Part shown: positions 41,093 to 54,898 of the stretch, piece after piece
Position numbering within the stretch: the first letter of the stretch is position 1
Layout: every line of letters begins with the position of its first letter
Origin: Fimbriosthenelais zetlandica
Taxonomy: Eukaryota
DNA length: 64,000 nt
Assembly (NCBI GenBank): GCA_977030845.1
Contig: OZ365114.1
Coordinates: 22,630,001 to 22,694,000, forward strand
Direction of reading: 5' to 3'
Position numbers and translations under genes: made by a program
Notes under the pieces: model-generated
What the model saw: the letters and a program-made list of their open reading frames with translations, nothing else
Told to the model about the DNA's origin: nothing
Database searches by the model: none

Positions 41093-41269
41093 CCCACGCA
41101 TGACTTCTCCGACCATGCCGTTCCAGGAGCCATCTTCTTGTTTTACCCCATAACCTCCCCACGCCACCAGTTTGAGATTGTATGGAGTACGCAGACGGAG
41201 TGCAATCTTTTTAACTAAGTCTGGTATAAAACCTTCAAGGTCCCTTTTCTTCTCCAAAAAAGGAGGATT
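41093..41269 (-). CDS. Internal exon of the iGluR-LBD gene (S1: NPPF...EGFIPDL...YG...WNGMVGEVMRG)
   Basis: Acceptor ttttcctttcag|AAT CCT and donor GGG|gtatgt. 177 bp, phase 0/0, joins in frame to the next exon across a 117-bp intron. Confidence 0.9.
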
Positions 41270-41440
41270 CTGAAAGGAAAAGCAGTTCTTAATGCAAGAG
41301 AAAGACAGTAGTTTTTCTGATTACAATATACAGCTTTAGAGGATCATTTCTCAAAATGGTGGTGAATTTATCTTATCTAAGTAGAAAACAGATTAGTATG
41401 AACAAATCCTTTAATTGCTGGATATTTCCGGACTACTTAC

Positions 41441-41502
41441 TATGAGTGATGTAAAAACCAGGACGCTGGGTACACTTTCTGACTGGGTGTCACTCAGAAC
41501 AG
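41441..41502 (-). CDS. Upstream exon of the iGluR-LBD gene ((A)VLSDTQSESVPSVLVFTSLI)
   Basis: Acceptor tttttcttgcag and donor ATA|gtaagt. Splices in frame to give VLVFTSLI-NPPF, matching the usual S1 start (VVTTILESPY type). The upstream intron is phase 1. Confidence 0.75.
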
Positions 41503-44500
41503 CTGCAAGAAAAAAGAGACAAATAGTCAGAGAGTTACAAATAAAGGGATTCATTATAGAAAATATGATCAGCTAGGGCCACTTTGGATTTAAAATCCTT
41601 TTCAGGCATATACCAAAGTGTCCCACCTTTTGAGAAGATAAATTGACGTGGCACTCCTTAATAATAATTCATGGCGGAAATACATGATAGTACTGGTTCG
41701 GAGGGTTCAAAGGAACACAAAGGTACTATGTAATGTAGAAAGTAGGATGGAGATCGCTGTAAACTTTTATTCCTACTTCTACACCAACTCTCTCACGCGA
41801 GATGTCCATTAACAGAAAAATTCATGTTCTAAACTTGTTACCGGGCTCACTTTCAAAGCTTTCAATACCTACACACTTAGGACACTACCTATGATGTCCA
41901 AAAGTTAAAATCGTAAAGAAAAAGCTTAAAACAGAAGTTTCATTTAAAAAAAACTTATAAGTATATATTCATCAGAAAGTGCGATCCGTATATTCTGATG
42001 AAAGCAAAAGGATCCATAATATCTATCGAGATACCAGTAAGTATGGCGAGGTTTGTTTGATACATGTAAGTTATACATGGTACAGTGCATGCCTTTTTGA
42101 GCTCTGAAGTTTGAATAGACATTTTGTCTGCAGCATTATATTATTGTGATAACAGGTGGTATCTATATGGACTGGGTAAGGCTTTACTCCCTATGGATGT
42201 CCATCTTATCTGGGATGGATTGAGATATAACATAACCCAGGGAGAGTTTCTTGTGAGAGAAGATGGCTTCACTCTATCCCACCAGTAAGTGGCTTATCAA
42301 TGATGTCATGAGGAGCTGGAGCAAGAAGTACTGGAGATGTAACCAGCACTGGAGGAGACTGGTGTATGGTATATATAATATATGGATGTGGAGGATCAGG
42401 AGGAAGGATCACAACGCTTGACCGGCAGACCCTGGAGAAATCAAGCGGGTCCGAGCTCAGCAGGGACCATGTTAAATTTACAGGCTTATAGACGGGTTAT
42501 TGATCCTAGCAGGAGGAATTATGTCCACCCTCCACTAGATGGTCAGCTTAGTGTGGGCTGGAGAAGGACATGCATAAAACCTGGCCAAGAAGCTTAGAGA
42601 TGAGTGCCGTATCTTATAAAGGTATTCAGGACCAAAGTGCATGGAGGTCAGGGTAGATAATATAACATGCCTTTACATGCCTTGTTTAACACAAACTTTT
42701 CTATTACCAGACGTAAATCTCACTGACTTTCTGAATGTTTTTCAGTTAAAGTCCAATGTGAGGAAATATTTCCCTGAAACCTTTAACATTTGAGAACCAA
42801 AACAGGGGGGCAAAGGAAGTATCAGTTCAAGCTGGGAGAGGACCAGTCAGTTGTTTCAACAAATTAAAACAACAATTTATGAAGCCAATTTATGCATTTT
42901 GAAGCCACGGCAGCCTGATGCTATTGAACAGACAATACCCTGCTGGCCATGACCAAAAGAAATGAGGCCAACAAAGTAGAGTCCCTTCCCATCAGAGTGT
43001 ACTTGTTTATCGTCTGAGCAGCTCGGAGCCAATTCAGCCAGTCAGAATTACACGGAGTTGCCCTGAATCAGGCTTTGTCCAAGAAATGCCTTGTATGTGG
43101 CTTGTTTGCCCCATAGACATGTCGTGTGCCTATCAGAGAGGAGAACAAGTGGAGTGTGGTAGAAAAGGGACCCATATTCATCTACCCCTCCTCTTCCTGC
43201 TTCTACTCCCAGCCTTCCATTCAGCTGTCCCTCTGTAGGTTGATCCGATGAGTTTCTCTATAGTGAATGACCTGGGCTGGACCACCATATACAGTGGGCA
43301 GACTCAAAGTAGGGGAAACACATGCCTTAAGGATACACTTTGTCTCTTCCAGTTTGAAGTAGGTCTATACATGTATATGTACTACGTGTAAGTACTACGC
43401 TAAGGCTTAATAGAGCAGATTTACAGAACCCATATAAAAAGGAAAACTGACATTTCTTTTTTGTTTTAGACTTACTTAGCCTAGTTATGCAAATGTTAAA
43501 TGTATAAATTTACAGTTTACATATATATAAGTAGGCAATATATGGTTACTTATGGTTAGATATGGATCCCAAACACTTAGAGAAACAAAACTGCATGGAC
43601 CTCCAAGTGATAGATTTGGTTGTGAATTGACTATTTTGCACAGCATCTGTACAACACTTCCATAAATAGCTCTTTGTTCTCCAGAAGGTCCCAAGAGATG
43701 GGTCATATGCCCTTTACTCCAATTCATCTGCCATAGAGATTTGGAAGGCCATTCAATGTCACAAACAGAGGGAGGCAGCATGTTGTATGGTGGACGGCTT
43801 TTGTTACATATACAGCTTGTACATGTATGTTATAAACATGAAGCATGGGATGGATACAGGGTGGAGGGTCCGCATACCTTCTCCAGGGGAAACTGTCAAA
43901 CCAAATATTGTATTTCTCTGTGATACGATCAATTCTGACCTGCTTTCTGAAGACAACAGGAGGGTTAAAAAACCATTCTGATATTGTTCATAATAATGTG
44001 CGGGGAAGAAAACATGGATCACAAAGGTATTATTAGATAGGAAGGATCATTATCGATCTCCAATCCCTTGCCCTACATAAAAGTTATATGGAGATAACAA
44101 GGAAATTGGATTGGATAGGATAGGAACTGGGACAATGGGAGTGGATTTTAAGGAAATAATCCAGTTGGTATAAGTGTGCAATGTGCAAAGTGAAACAAAA
44201 ACTTGAGAGGTTTTCTAGTTCCTGACTGGATGAGATTAATGCCTTAAATCAGAAAACAGTGGTCCTCTGACAACGTGTCACATGTCGTTAGCCAAGGCTA
44301 CTCCGTGAAGAGTTCCGACAGGACGTGTTGGAGATGGAATCTCTGACTATTACTGCTCCCTCGTCCACTATACTACACACTCTCACGCAAGCACACTATG
44401 ATTATTACCTATAGCTGAATATTACTGGGAAAGTAGCCACTTTTCGAGGCCCAAAGCTCCAATGGCTATCTTCCTGCACTCAGCTTATATGAACATTTAG

Positions 44501-45563
44501 GCCATGGCATGCCAATGTTAAGAGGCAATCTTAAGAGGCACGAGGTCTAATTGAGAGTTGATGTTCAAAGGACTAAGTTCTATTATTTCCTAAAGTACAA
44601 CCTGTAGGTCATTTGCAGTCTGAATCTGCTCATTTAAAAGAGACGTGGAGGTCGTATTTTTTTAGCATTAACTGCACTGATTGCATGGGTGACACCGACA
44701 TACTTCTGAGCAGATCCTAAGCTTATAAATCTGGCCGGTTTTATCTTTATTAAAGGTTGAGCGAGGAAATTACTCATATTGTATGCAGTGAAGAGACGCA
44801 AAAGACAGCACAATCTACCCTTTCTTCTCAAGTCATTACTCAGAAAGGCGTGCTTTATATTGATTCCAACCTTCTAATAGAATTTAATTAAGCCAATGAC
44901 GGTTTTAGTGGCAGATGGGTTCAAAAGAAATGAACCAATGCTTTTGGGATGAGAAAGGGGATCAAGAGAGATTTATTTCAAATTGTGTACGGATCTCCTT
45001 CAGAGTGGATTAGATTCAAAAATGTTCTGCTCCTCTTCTCTATAATGGCCTTCCAAGTGAGCAATCGAGCCTGAAAGGTTTTTCAATTTAATTCTCTGGC
45101 TCCCTGTAAGGTCCCTTCCGTTTTGCCTCCTTACAATAGAAGGCGATTGCCGGGACTCTTTGTATTCGGAAGGGGCCGTTTGAACTGGTTCGCCTCCAAT
45201 TATGTAGCAGGAAAGATCCCCACAACAAAATATTGCAATGGGGGACGTCCTAAACCCATTAGGTGATAGATGGTTAGGATCGGGTCGTTTAGGCACAATG
45301 GGGTGGCTCAGTCTTGGCTACTCAGCACTGCTTATAGACTTCAATCAGTGGAGGGCAGTATTCCTTGAGGTCACCTCTTAGAAGGGCTCTATAATATCAT
45401 TTCCATTACGAAGAGAAATTTTGATACTTTTCAGAACCGTTTCAGATACTGTTTCACTGCTTGCTTTTGCCTTCCGATTCTAACAGCATAATCATTTTCT
45501 GGCAGCAATTGATACACTTGCAGTTGATAGTCCCGTAGACAAGCCCCATGTGCAAGAATCACT

Positions 45564-45659
45564 GCAAGAATCATAAGGCAATGATCCCTGGTAGGTATCC
45601 AATCAATGTACCAGGTCATTTGAAATATCCATTAGATATTCATGACTTGCAATTCTTGC
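45564..45659. mobile_element. 96-bp mini inverted-repeat element, copy 1
   Basis: Starts GCAAGAAT and ends ATTCTTGC; a diverged sister of the same length lies at 45903-45998. Confidence 0.55.
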
Positions 45660-45902
45660 CAAGTTTCATACCCGTGTTGTCCAATGTCTTCCCACATAGG
45701 CGGGGGCTTGGGTTACAGATACCAAGTCACATACATGGACCGAGTGGTGTGTGTGTTGGGGGGGGGGGGGGGGTTGTGACCTACATTCTGTCAAAGAAGA
45801 TCTCAATTGCCTTGCGATTCTGGCAACATATAATTTTCTAGCATCAATTAATATACTTGTACTTCATGGTCTCGTAGGCAAGCTCCACGTGCAGCAATCG
45901 CA

Positions 45903-45998
45903 GCAAGAATTGTAAGGCAATGATCCCTGGTAGGTACCCAATTTGTGTACAAATTCGTTAGGGATTTCCATTAGATAAACATGTCTTGCAATTCTTGC
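45903..45998. mobile_element. 96-bp mini inverted-repeat element, copy 2
   Basis: Termini GCAAGAATTGTAAGGCA / TGTCTTGCAATTCTTGC are 15/17 complementary. Confidence 0.55.
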
Positions 45999-48900
45999 AA
46001 AGTTTCACAACTATTATAGAAGACTGAAAGATTGAAACTTGACATTTTCCAAGCTAGGTGTTTCCCATGTCCCTGCTTCGATCTTGTTTTGTATCCAAGT
46101 TTGACAGTGTTTGCATGTACTCCTTCAAAACAAATTTGTTCAGACAAATTGTCTTAAACTTGTGACACCTGAGCTCTGCCAGTACTAATTCAATCTCTCT
46201 TGAAACGTGACACTTTCCCTTTTGATGTATTTCATTGAAAATGGGGGAATCTCAGGGACTTTGAAACATCTATGCTACTAAATTGTAAAGTTACTGAAGG
46301 TATCCTTTGAACGTCACATGTATAAAGCAATGAGTATCAAGTAGAACACAAGTCTTATATGTGTTGTAAAACGAGAAGAAGAGACAAGATTATAAGGACA
46401 AGTCACTCCACCAATCTTCAGGGACGTCACATTACTGGCTGACAAAAGGATTCATTGCCCTTGGTCGGGAAATATTCATGGAGTGGGAGCGCACCTCTCT
46501 CCAGGTATTCCACGTCGTGAGTGACATGATGCTCCAAGCATCATGCTAGATTGGCTAAAAATGTCAATTTTGCCAGGAATTTTCATACTGACCAAACACT
46601 AAATGTTGAATGGTTTTTAATGCAGTCAACAAGCATAATACAGTCATCGCACAAGCTTTCACCATTATGACTGTGACATCAGGTTGTCTTCGCTTACATT
46701 GGCAATGATGTTGGTCAGAGGTCAAGGTACATAAATTCTGACATGGTCAGAATATGGTCCGGTGAGGACAGTTGGAAATGTATAATGAATTTACTTTGTA
46801 AATAATGTATTATCATTGGCCACCCACAACACCAGGCAACATATTAGGCCCAGTATTGATGGCATACATGTAGTCAACGAGGTGTCACTGAACTGTCCCC
46901 CAAGTGAACACTTGGTGACACAGTTTGTCCTGTCTTCAACACTGTCACTGAAGAAGACTAGTTAGCACCTTGGTGACAGCCCAGTAGATCAGTGACAGCT
47001 CCATGATAACTATGACTTATAAATGCATGTCACACAATTTTCACACATTTGACTTGCTTTGTTCTCTCGGAAGATGTTTATTAATCTGTATTTATTAGGA
47101 ATAATTATGTCAAAAGAAAGTTGTGGTGCAGTGATTCATGACATGGTTGTAAATCGTCAGGAGACGTTAGAGATTCCTCTGCTGGATGGGACATCACAGC
47201 GGTGTACCATTTCAGATGAGCAAAACTCGTGCATAGCAATAAGCCAAGTAAATCATACTCCAAGCAGCGGCCAATTTCAGCCAATATAAGTCGGCTTCTG
47301 GTGTCATAAATATGCAATAAAACATGACTAGTCATTGTATTATGCAAATTGATGGAAACTTGTGGCCATCTAATGTCTCTCTTGCATTTAGGCCCAGATG
47401 GTCGTAGGGCCAACAGTATACAAGTTTGGGAAATTTACGGAGGAACTATGTCTTGGCCAAGTATTCAATGTGTATGCAAATTCCTGCCTATATGGAGGAT
47501 CTAAACATGGCCCTGCTCCTGCATAAAATGGGAACCGATCGTGAGAAGGCCCTCTCTGATAGTGGTGGGATTATTTTAATGCGCTTAATGATACAAGTAT
47601 GTAGCCATGTCACGGCGCCGCGCCGAATCCCTAAGGTAGGGTGGCCCGTAAGCTGAAAACAGACAGGGGTTGGTGTGCTATACATTGCTGTAGATGGGAG
47701 ACTCGTGGGACAGTGTGGCGTGATTTGACATGGTTAGGACTAATCTTTCCTGGCTGGGTTTAACTTCGTTTTATTCCCTCGCATTTTGGGTGTAAAGAAT
47801 CTATCATTGGAGGACCAAAGTTGAACGTTTTACGCCATGATCTTTCACTTGGGAATAATGATCATTATAACTATCCGTGAAAAGCATGTGATGCTTCAAA
47901 TAGGGGGTTAGAGGATTTAGGGGAATCTTTATGCGTGACAAGTACCTTGGACTTAAAGACTTGATTGGCTTTTTAAGCGGCGAAATTCCCCTGCATACTG
48001 ATTTAGAGGAGGACATGTATACATATAGGCTAGATCTACTAAACAACATTCTATTAGTAAGAATGGCAGTGGACTTAAATGAGTTGCAGAATCCTTCTTC
48101 ATACGGATTGCAGTAACTGAAAAAGAACTTTAACTTTGCATATAGATGTCAGAGAGAGGGAAAGTAATTCCAATTCAAGAGAGACGCCTTAGCTTGTTCT
48201 CCTTCATCCAATACAGAGATTTTTATCACGTCAAAGTGCTTGAATTCCTCTCACCCTAACAGAGGGCACCATTCCAATGCTTTTCTCCAAGTGCAATGAT
48301 GATAAATCTAAGTGGATTCTAGCTTAGATCCTTCCATCTCACAATCAGTATAGAAGACACATCTGAATCTAACGTATATGGGAATGGAGGCACAATCCAG
48401 GCAGGCCATCCACTATTCCCTCTCCCCCATTCACAGTGATGGAAAAGCATTTGTAGGAGCCTAAATATTTGAAATACCCTAGTCACGAAGTCGTGTGTAC
48501 ACTTAGCTGGCCCCGTTGCTCTTACTGCTGACAGTGGCCATGTAAAATTAATGAAAGCGATAGGGGATCATTGAGACATTTGAGCTTCCGTACAACTGAT
48601 TGAAATTTCAGCACAGAGCTATTTTTCTGCGACTCCAGAAGCAATCTGAATCAGCATTCCAAGGTATCAATCATCCACCATGTTATCCCCCTGCATACAT
48701 TACATGTGACAGTTTATGTACATGGTACATTCCAAAATAAAAATATCTGTGGCAAAGGCATTCTACTCATAAAGTTAAAAGGAGGGACCATCTTGACAAG
48801 ATATTAAAGAATCCCCACCATGAGAGAGGGCAGTGTCTGATCTCAAGCTTTCATGTATTATACATAGACCTGAGCAATGAGAACTGGTACTGGACCACTT

Positions 48901-51900
48901 CTCAGAGGCTCCACCACTGTCTGACTCACACTTTACCTTCAGTCAGACGTGTCTTCAGTTTGAAAGAATATGCATACAGCGCATTCCTCCTTCTCGGGCT
49001 TTCCTGAGTTTTGGGGGTCGTGCCTCTCTCAATAAAACGATAATTTAATGAACAAGTTTGTGCAGGAAAAACTAACAGAAGCTTCAAGAAGTTCAAACTT
49101 TTTGAATCAAATATTTTACGACATTCATCAAAGGCAAATCCCGAAAAGTATATACTTGGATTGAAAAGAAGAGAGCATTTTCAGGCTTCCCAAAAGGATG
49201 CATGCTCGGCAAGTCCTCAAAGAAGTGTTCAAGAACTCGAAGTTCTAAATCTCTCTAGAGAGACAGCAGAATGTCAAAAAATATTTCTTTCCTGTTTTCT
49301 GCAATGCATTCTCTCTCAGAACTGATACAAAAACTTCAGTCAGACTTTGTTCTTACACATCACTTTACCATGATGGCTTCGACGCCTCAAGGTCCAACAT
49401 CCCAGACAATCAGACATCCTATTTTACATGTGATACCTCACTCGGAATCAGTCATTCAAACATCTAATGCTTAATATTGAATCAAATGTCACGGTAATTA
49501 ACATAATTTCTGAGTTGTATATACCCACAGGATAGAAACTGATTGCTTTGTTGTCATCTCCTTTTAGAGATGCAGAATGCATATAACTGCAGGTGTTTGA
49601 CAAGTTTGCTCTTATTACATGATAATAAAGTATATCTCAAGGTACGTGAAATTACAGTACCGTCAAGACCTAAATTGATTCAGACCTACATTAGTAAAAG
49701 TCGGTGTGGACAAATAGAGGTTGCCAGAAACTCATGGACAGGCTCAGCCCATGGAATCTGGGAGCAGTTTCACGATAAATGTGTGCTACATTTGTCAAGC
49801 ATAGGTATGTGTGTCAATGAAGCATTATGCTCCTTCTGAAACATACCCCTGCTTGTTTGGGAAGGACATGATTAGGGTGGACCCTGATTAGTACAGTGGA
49901 CCTAGTTTTTACTGGCATATGTCCTCAAGGAAATGCCCAGGGAAGGCGAGGGTGACTCCATTTGCATAAACAGGTCCTCAAATTTAGTATAAATGCAAAG
50001 CAACTGTAAATAATTTTCGACTCCAGCAATGGAAATAATTTAACCTAATCTAACCTAATAATATGATCTAGCCCACTATCTTTTGGTTTATTTTTTGACC
50101 ACGTTTTCAATCGGAATACTCTTATCACACTTCAGGTTAATAAACTTTCGCAGCTGACATGAAGAACTAGCGTAAATATTCTGACTATTATCTGTAGGAA
50201 ATCAGTAATGCATTCTGCTTACAGTACTTTCCTTTCCTTTGTGATGCACCCTTTTAAGACGACTAAGTACACCTCAATGAAATATGCCATCTACATGTAT
50301 TTTAGCATCAGATTCTCACACATTAGGATTGTATTAAGGATATATTATGAATCAGTATGAATACTTTATGTTTCATTAGCTAAGTCGTCCCGTGATTTAT
50401 TTAAAAGTAAGTGAAATGCCTCACAATCATCTCTGAGGAGGAAATTTGTAAAGCTATAGAGAGGTTACAACAAGAGACATACGCATTAATGCTTTTAACA
50501 TTCTCTTTGGACCTTGATGGAAGGTAATAGGATATTAGCTGACACTTTCCGGCGGAGGTAGTGAAAGGAAAGTAGAGCAAGGGGAATGTAATAGTCCATT
50601 TTTGTTCCATATCTCAAGGACGAAGGGGTCATTACATTGGTCTATAGGAGTCCATCAGTCAAGGTATTTCAGGTCGTTACGTTGTCATTTTTAGGTCATT
50701 GATTGAATTATTTGGAGGGCCCCCCGACCCTAATAACCACATGGGTGATATGCTGGCACTTTCTAATCTTGCCGGCTGGGGGAGCTATCTCGCATCTCCA
50801 TATATATACACAGCCCCCGCTTTCCCATATACTACTTACTGTCATTAATCTCATCAGGTCAATGGACTAGCACAAACACTCTGATGTATCTACATTGGAA
50901 CAGACTTAACCATGCACAAACTTTTAATCAATACCGAGCCTTTCTCTGTATCAATTTCAAGATTGGAAACTGTAAACTTCAGTACTCAATCAGGATGTAT
51001 ACATGATGTCTGTATAAATAATTTATAAGAGAAAAAATAACGTTCCCTATACATTGATCGGTCATGTCCCATGCATGGAAGTAGGATGTTTAGGGTCATC
51101 TTTTTTCTCCCCCAGCGAGCCTGAAACTAATATCAAATATCATGTTTCTATGGCCTTTACAATCCTCTGTGTGTACGGCTATAATGTTTCTATTCCTGAA
51201 TGCCACGAGGGGAACAGATGATAGAATGGTGATCGATTTCTATGGTAAAGAAGATGACTTTAGAGGGTATACTTACTGTCACAGTCGAGCAGCACGAAAC
51301 AACCAAGGAGGCCGTAGAGTATGAGAGTCTGCTGAAGGCAGGGTAGAAAAATAACCTTCCATAAACTGCTCACATCCATCTTCTACTGAGATTAATCCAG
51401 TCACTTTTCTATGCCTGAGTGATCTTTGTATAAAGAAATGTTCGAGCCTGCGCCGATAAAATATCGCCCGACCTGTCACTTAAGTGTTAAACCTCCTCAT
51501 GTAATCCCATGGAGATATATATCATGGTTCCCATGAGGGGGCACAATAGTTTATTCCTCCTCAGACATCATTATCTCTCATCAGCTTCTTAATCTTTTCT
51601 CCATGGGGCCGTGCTATCAAGGATTACCAGCACATTTACCATGGTTATTACACGTCACAGGAAGGAGCAGATGGTCCTGGAAGACGTGACATACTGCTTG
51701 TTGGAAGGAAGAACACTCCTGGTAATTTGTACCAGGACAACAATGCAAGGCTCGAACGAGGAAGACTCTTCTATATACTATAATTCCAGCCTAAACCATT
51801 CTAGGCTGGGGACACCCGCGTTGTATATGTGTTGCCATGGGAACATTTATCCTCCTTAATCCATTATCATCCAGAGGGGCCCTTCAATCAATTAGATCTT

Positions 51901-52620
51901 ACTTTGCTTAACCCTGGATGCCTCCTGAGGTTAATTAAGCCTTCCTCCGAGCCATTTACCCGCTAAAACCTTCATGGAAGGCAGGACAATCATGGGCAAT
52001 AAAAATATGGTCCAATCTCCAGCAGGTATCCTTCATTTGGCATGGATGATAGCTTTCTGGCGCATCATTCGTCTAGTCCTGTAAGCATAGACTAATTAAA
52101 ACCTACCAGCGAAACGATAGCATGTTTCCATGTATAGTACGCATCACCCAGACAAAAATGTCAATGCCATGTAACATATGTCAAATAGTGCACTTTCTGG
52201 CAGAGACTCTAGAGCACTGTGGCACTAAAATCAATACTAAGATGTAAGATCCCTTTTTAATCTTTTAATCCTCTTGGTTTTTTCCTTCTTGCATCTGAGT
52301 GCAATTCGAGGATATTGCTTTCAAACAGGAGAACATACATGTGGGTGATGCCTCAACATTTCCCATCCGTATCTCTGGTCTAATCCATTTGTTCCTGGCG
52401 AATGATTTCTGAAGTCAAGCATTCTTGTGGAAAACATGGATGACATTGATTGAATCTAGTCATATAAACCGATGGACCACTCTCGGGGATTGTGGTGAGC
52501 AGAGTGTATAGAAAAGTGTTCTTAATGCACTCTCTGACACTGGGTGGGTATGTGTATGTATTAAGGGTTAAGGAGAGTTGGTATCTGTAGTAGTGGTAGT
52601 AATGGTAATGGCCTGCTCAC

Positions 52621-52766
52621 GTTGACCTGCCATGGAGGAATGGCTCCCTGGAGGAGGGCCAGTACGTTGATCCACGCCTGGAGGGAGCAGATTGCCGGTG
52701 GAGTATGGAGTGGGACAATCATGAGGGGTCGCCAAATGTCAGCCTCCCTCAGTCTACCTCCATCAC
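52621..52766 (-). other. Candidate isolated exon (146 bp), parent gene unknown
   Basis: Strong acceptor ctttttttgttttctcttctccag and donor AAC|gtgagc; one frame is open throughout; no recognisable homology. Confidence 0.35.
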
Positions 52767-54719
52767 CTGGAGAAGAGAAAACAAAAAAAGCACATTAACC
52801 AAAACATATCGTGGGAACAGAAAAAGAACAAAGTAGGACACCCACAAGCACCAGAAATACTATGCAGTTGTACCATAATATATCCTAGCGATATTGGTTC
52901 CAGGTTTTTTTCCTTTGGTCACATTACACAAACACAAAAAACATTCATCCGACAGGAACATTAATTTGACATATCTCTACAAATTAAAAAAAAAAAGGCA
53001 TTCATGTACATTTCCGCTTCCAGGAAATTACTTTTTAGTCGTTATGACGCAAATTACATAAAATGTCAGAGCAATTAATCAATATTATCTCGCCTAAACC
53101 CATCGATTATCATCATTTTACAGAACATCACAGCATTAGTTGATCTAGTATTGACGGAAGAGGTCACTATTAAGTCCGGATTGAAGGAATGTGTCCTGGA
53201 GGAGAGATGGGCAGATTATATGGCAGGAGAGGACGGACAATATAGCCAGATGATACAACAATCTCACCTCACCCATCCATCATTCTTATTTCCACTTCTT
53301 TCCGATCCTAATCTTATTATTTCTAGCTTCATTACACGAGACATGTGCATTTGATAATTGCAATCTATATATTGACCATAATGACATGCTTCAATGAAAA
53401 AAATCGTGTTTCTGAAGATAACATCAATGTTACATATCACCTTTAAGAAGAGGCGAATAATGTTACTTCTCAAGCTGAGTCTAGAACTTTCACCTATAAC
53501 ACTGAATGGAAAAGATTTCTTCAGAAGAAATATGGACAACTTGATAGATTTTGATCTAATAGATTTTCCAGAAAAACTTATTTGACGTACATAAAGGCTG
53601 TAAGCTATATTTGGACATAAGTGAACATGAACGAAAATGACTACATGCAGTGGGAGGACACGTCCACCTTTGTGAAGTAATGGAATAGTGGTAGATGTGT
53701 CGATTGTAGATGAGACTATTTGAGATAATAGTGTATAAAACACAATTAACAGAACAGACTCTGGCTCGATGATAGCCAGTTAAATTAATTAAAGCAATGG
53801 CTGTGATGAATGTAGAGTAATTAGGACTTGGTGCTTGCACACATAGCCAAGCTCATTAACAAGCTGGTGGCTTCTTTTTACCGGGTATTAGCGGAATGTC
53901 TGTTAGTCTGTTTTCACTCCTTACAGACCAGATATATGACAAACAATGAAACAATTGTAGACATTTTATGACAATCACGTGGTGCTAGGGATGAAGTGTA
54001 GAGAAGAGCAGTGTCAAAAGAATGCTAGAATTAATACTGGAGTGAAATGTATTATGATGCTAAGTTTTGGTAAAGTTCCCAGCTGTTTTAAGTGTGGAAA
54101 TCGGTATTAACTCAATGTCAACTAATTTTGATGTCTTAGCTCAATGTCTACTAATTTTGATGCGTGTTTTAACATAAAAAACTGAAAAACCGTCAACCGG
54201 TCTCAACTCATTCAATCAACTCCCGGAATCAACTCTTTTAACTATAATATGGGTTATATATAGCAAACAACATAATGCCCACTCGTCATACTCCAACCAG
54301 GTTACGGGTAGCAATAGGGCATGTAATTGACGCAATATGGGGACATCTATATGTCATATATAACACAGGTTTAATATATCACATACGACCTCTACCTCAG
54401 GAGTCAGCTTGGCCCGATCATGACGTGCACCTTCCTAGAGGTCCAGAGGGTAGAGAAACACAAAAGATGATGACAGATCTGGGTGAGTGATTATTGTGTT
54501 ATGCATGTGCCCACTGCTTGACCATTGTACAGCTGGCTGGACTCTATGGGTGGTAAAGAGATTGCTGGTCGTGTTGACATATCACTGATACACGTGAGTC
54601 CTTGTGATATTAGGTTATCCAAGGTTCTAGTCAGCCCACTCGAGGGGATAAGATTACTCTCATCTTACAACCAAGTGACATTCAGTAAAGGATAGACTAG
54701 ATGTATGTACAGGATATAG

Positions 54720-54898
54720 GAGTTTAGTACACTACTAGCTCGTTTTCATGCACTATACTAGGTTCAATATTTCCCCGTAGTGAACGCACCAGAAGTCGCT
54801 CCAGACTGATGATGGTGCACTGTAGTCGTTTTACCAGGGTTTGAACCCTCTCCTCCTGTGCCAGAAGCAGGCACGTTACCACTGAGCTATGGAGATCG
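54720..54898 (-). mobile_element. tRNA-derived SINE fragment
   Basis: On the minus strand, A box TAGCTCAGTGGTA and B box GGTTCAAACCC are followed by a non-tRNA body. The 3' boundary is approximate. Confidence 0.6.

Noticed and set aside
40160-41269. Horizontal transfer of a bacterial periplasmic binding protein
   Set aside because: Metazoan iGluR-specific motifs (WNGMVGE, KPCD, KWW..C) and spliceosomal introns point to derivation from an animal receptor.
42930-42990. MGRDSTLLASFLLVMASR as the signal-peptide exon of the LBD gene
   Set aside because: Its donor would be phase 0, but the exon at 41502 needs phase 1.
53264-53743. 159-aa minus-strand ORF
   Set aside because: Non-ATG start, AT-rich and no motif; probably the shadow of a decayed plus-strand frame.
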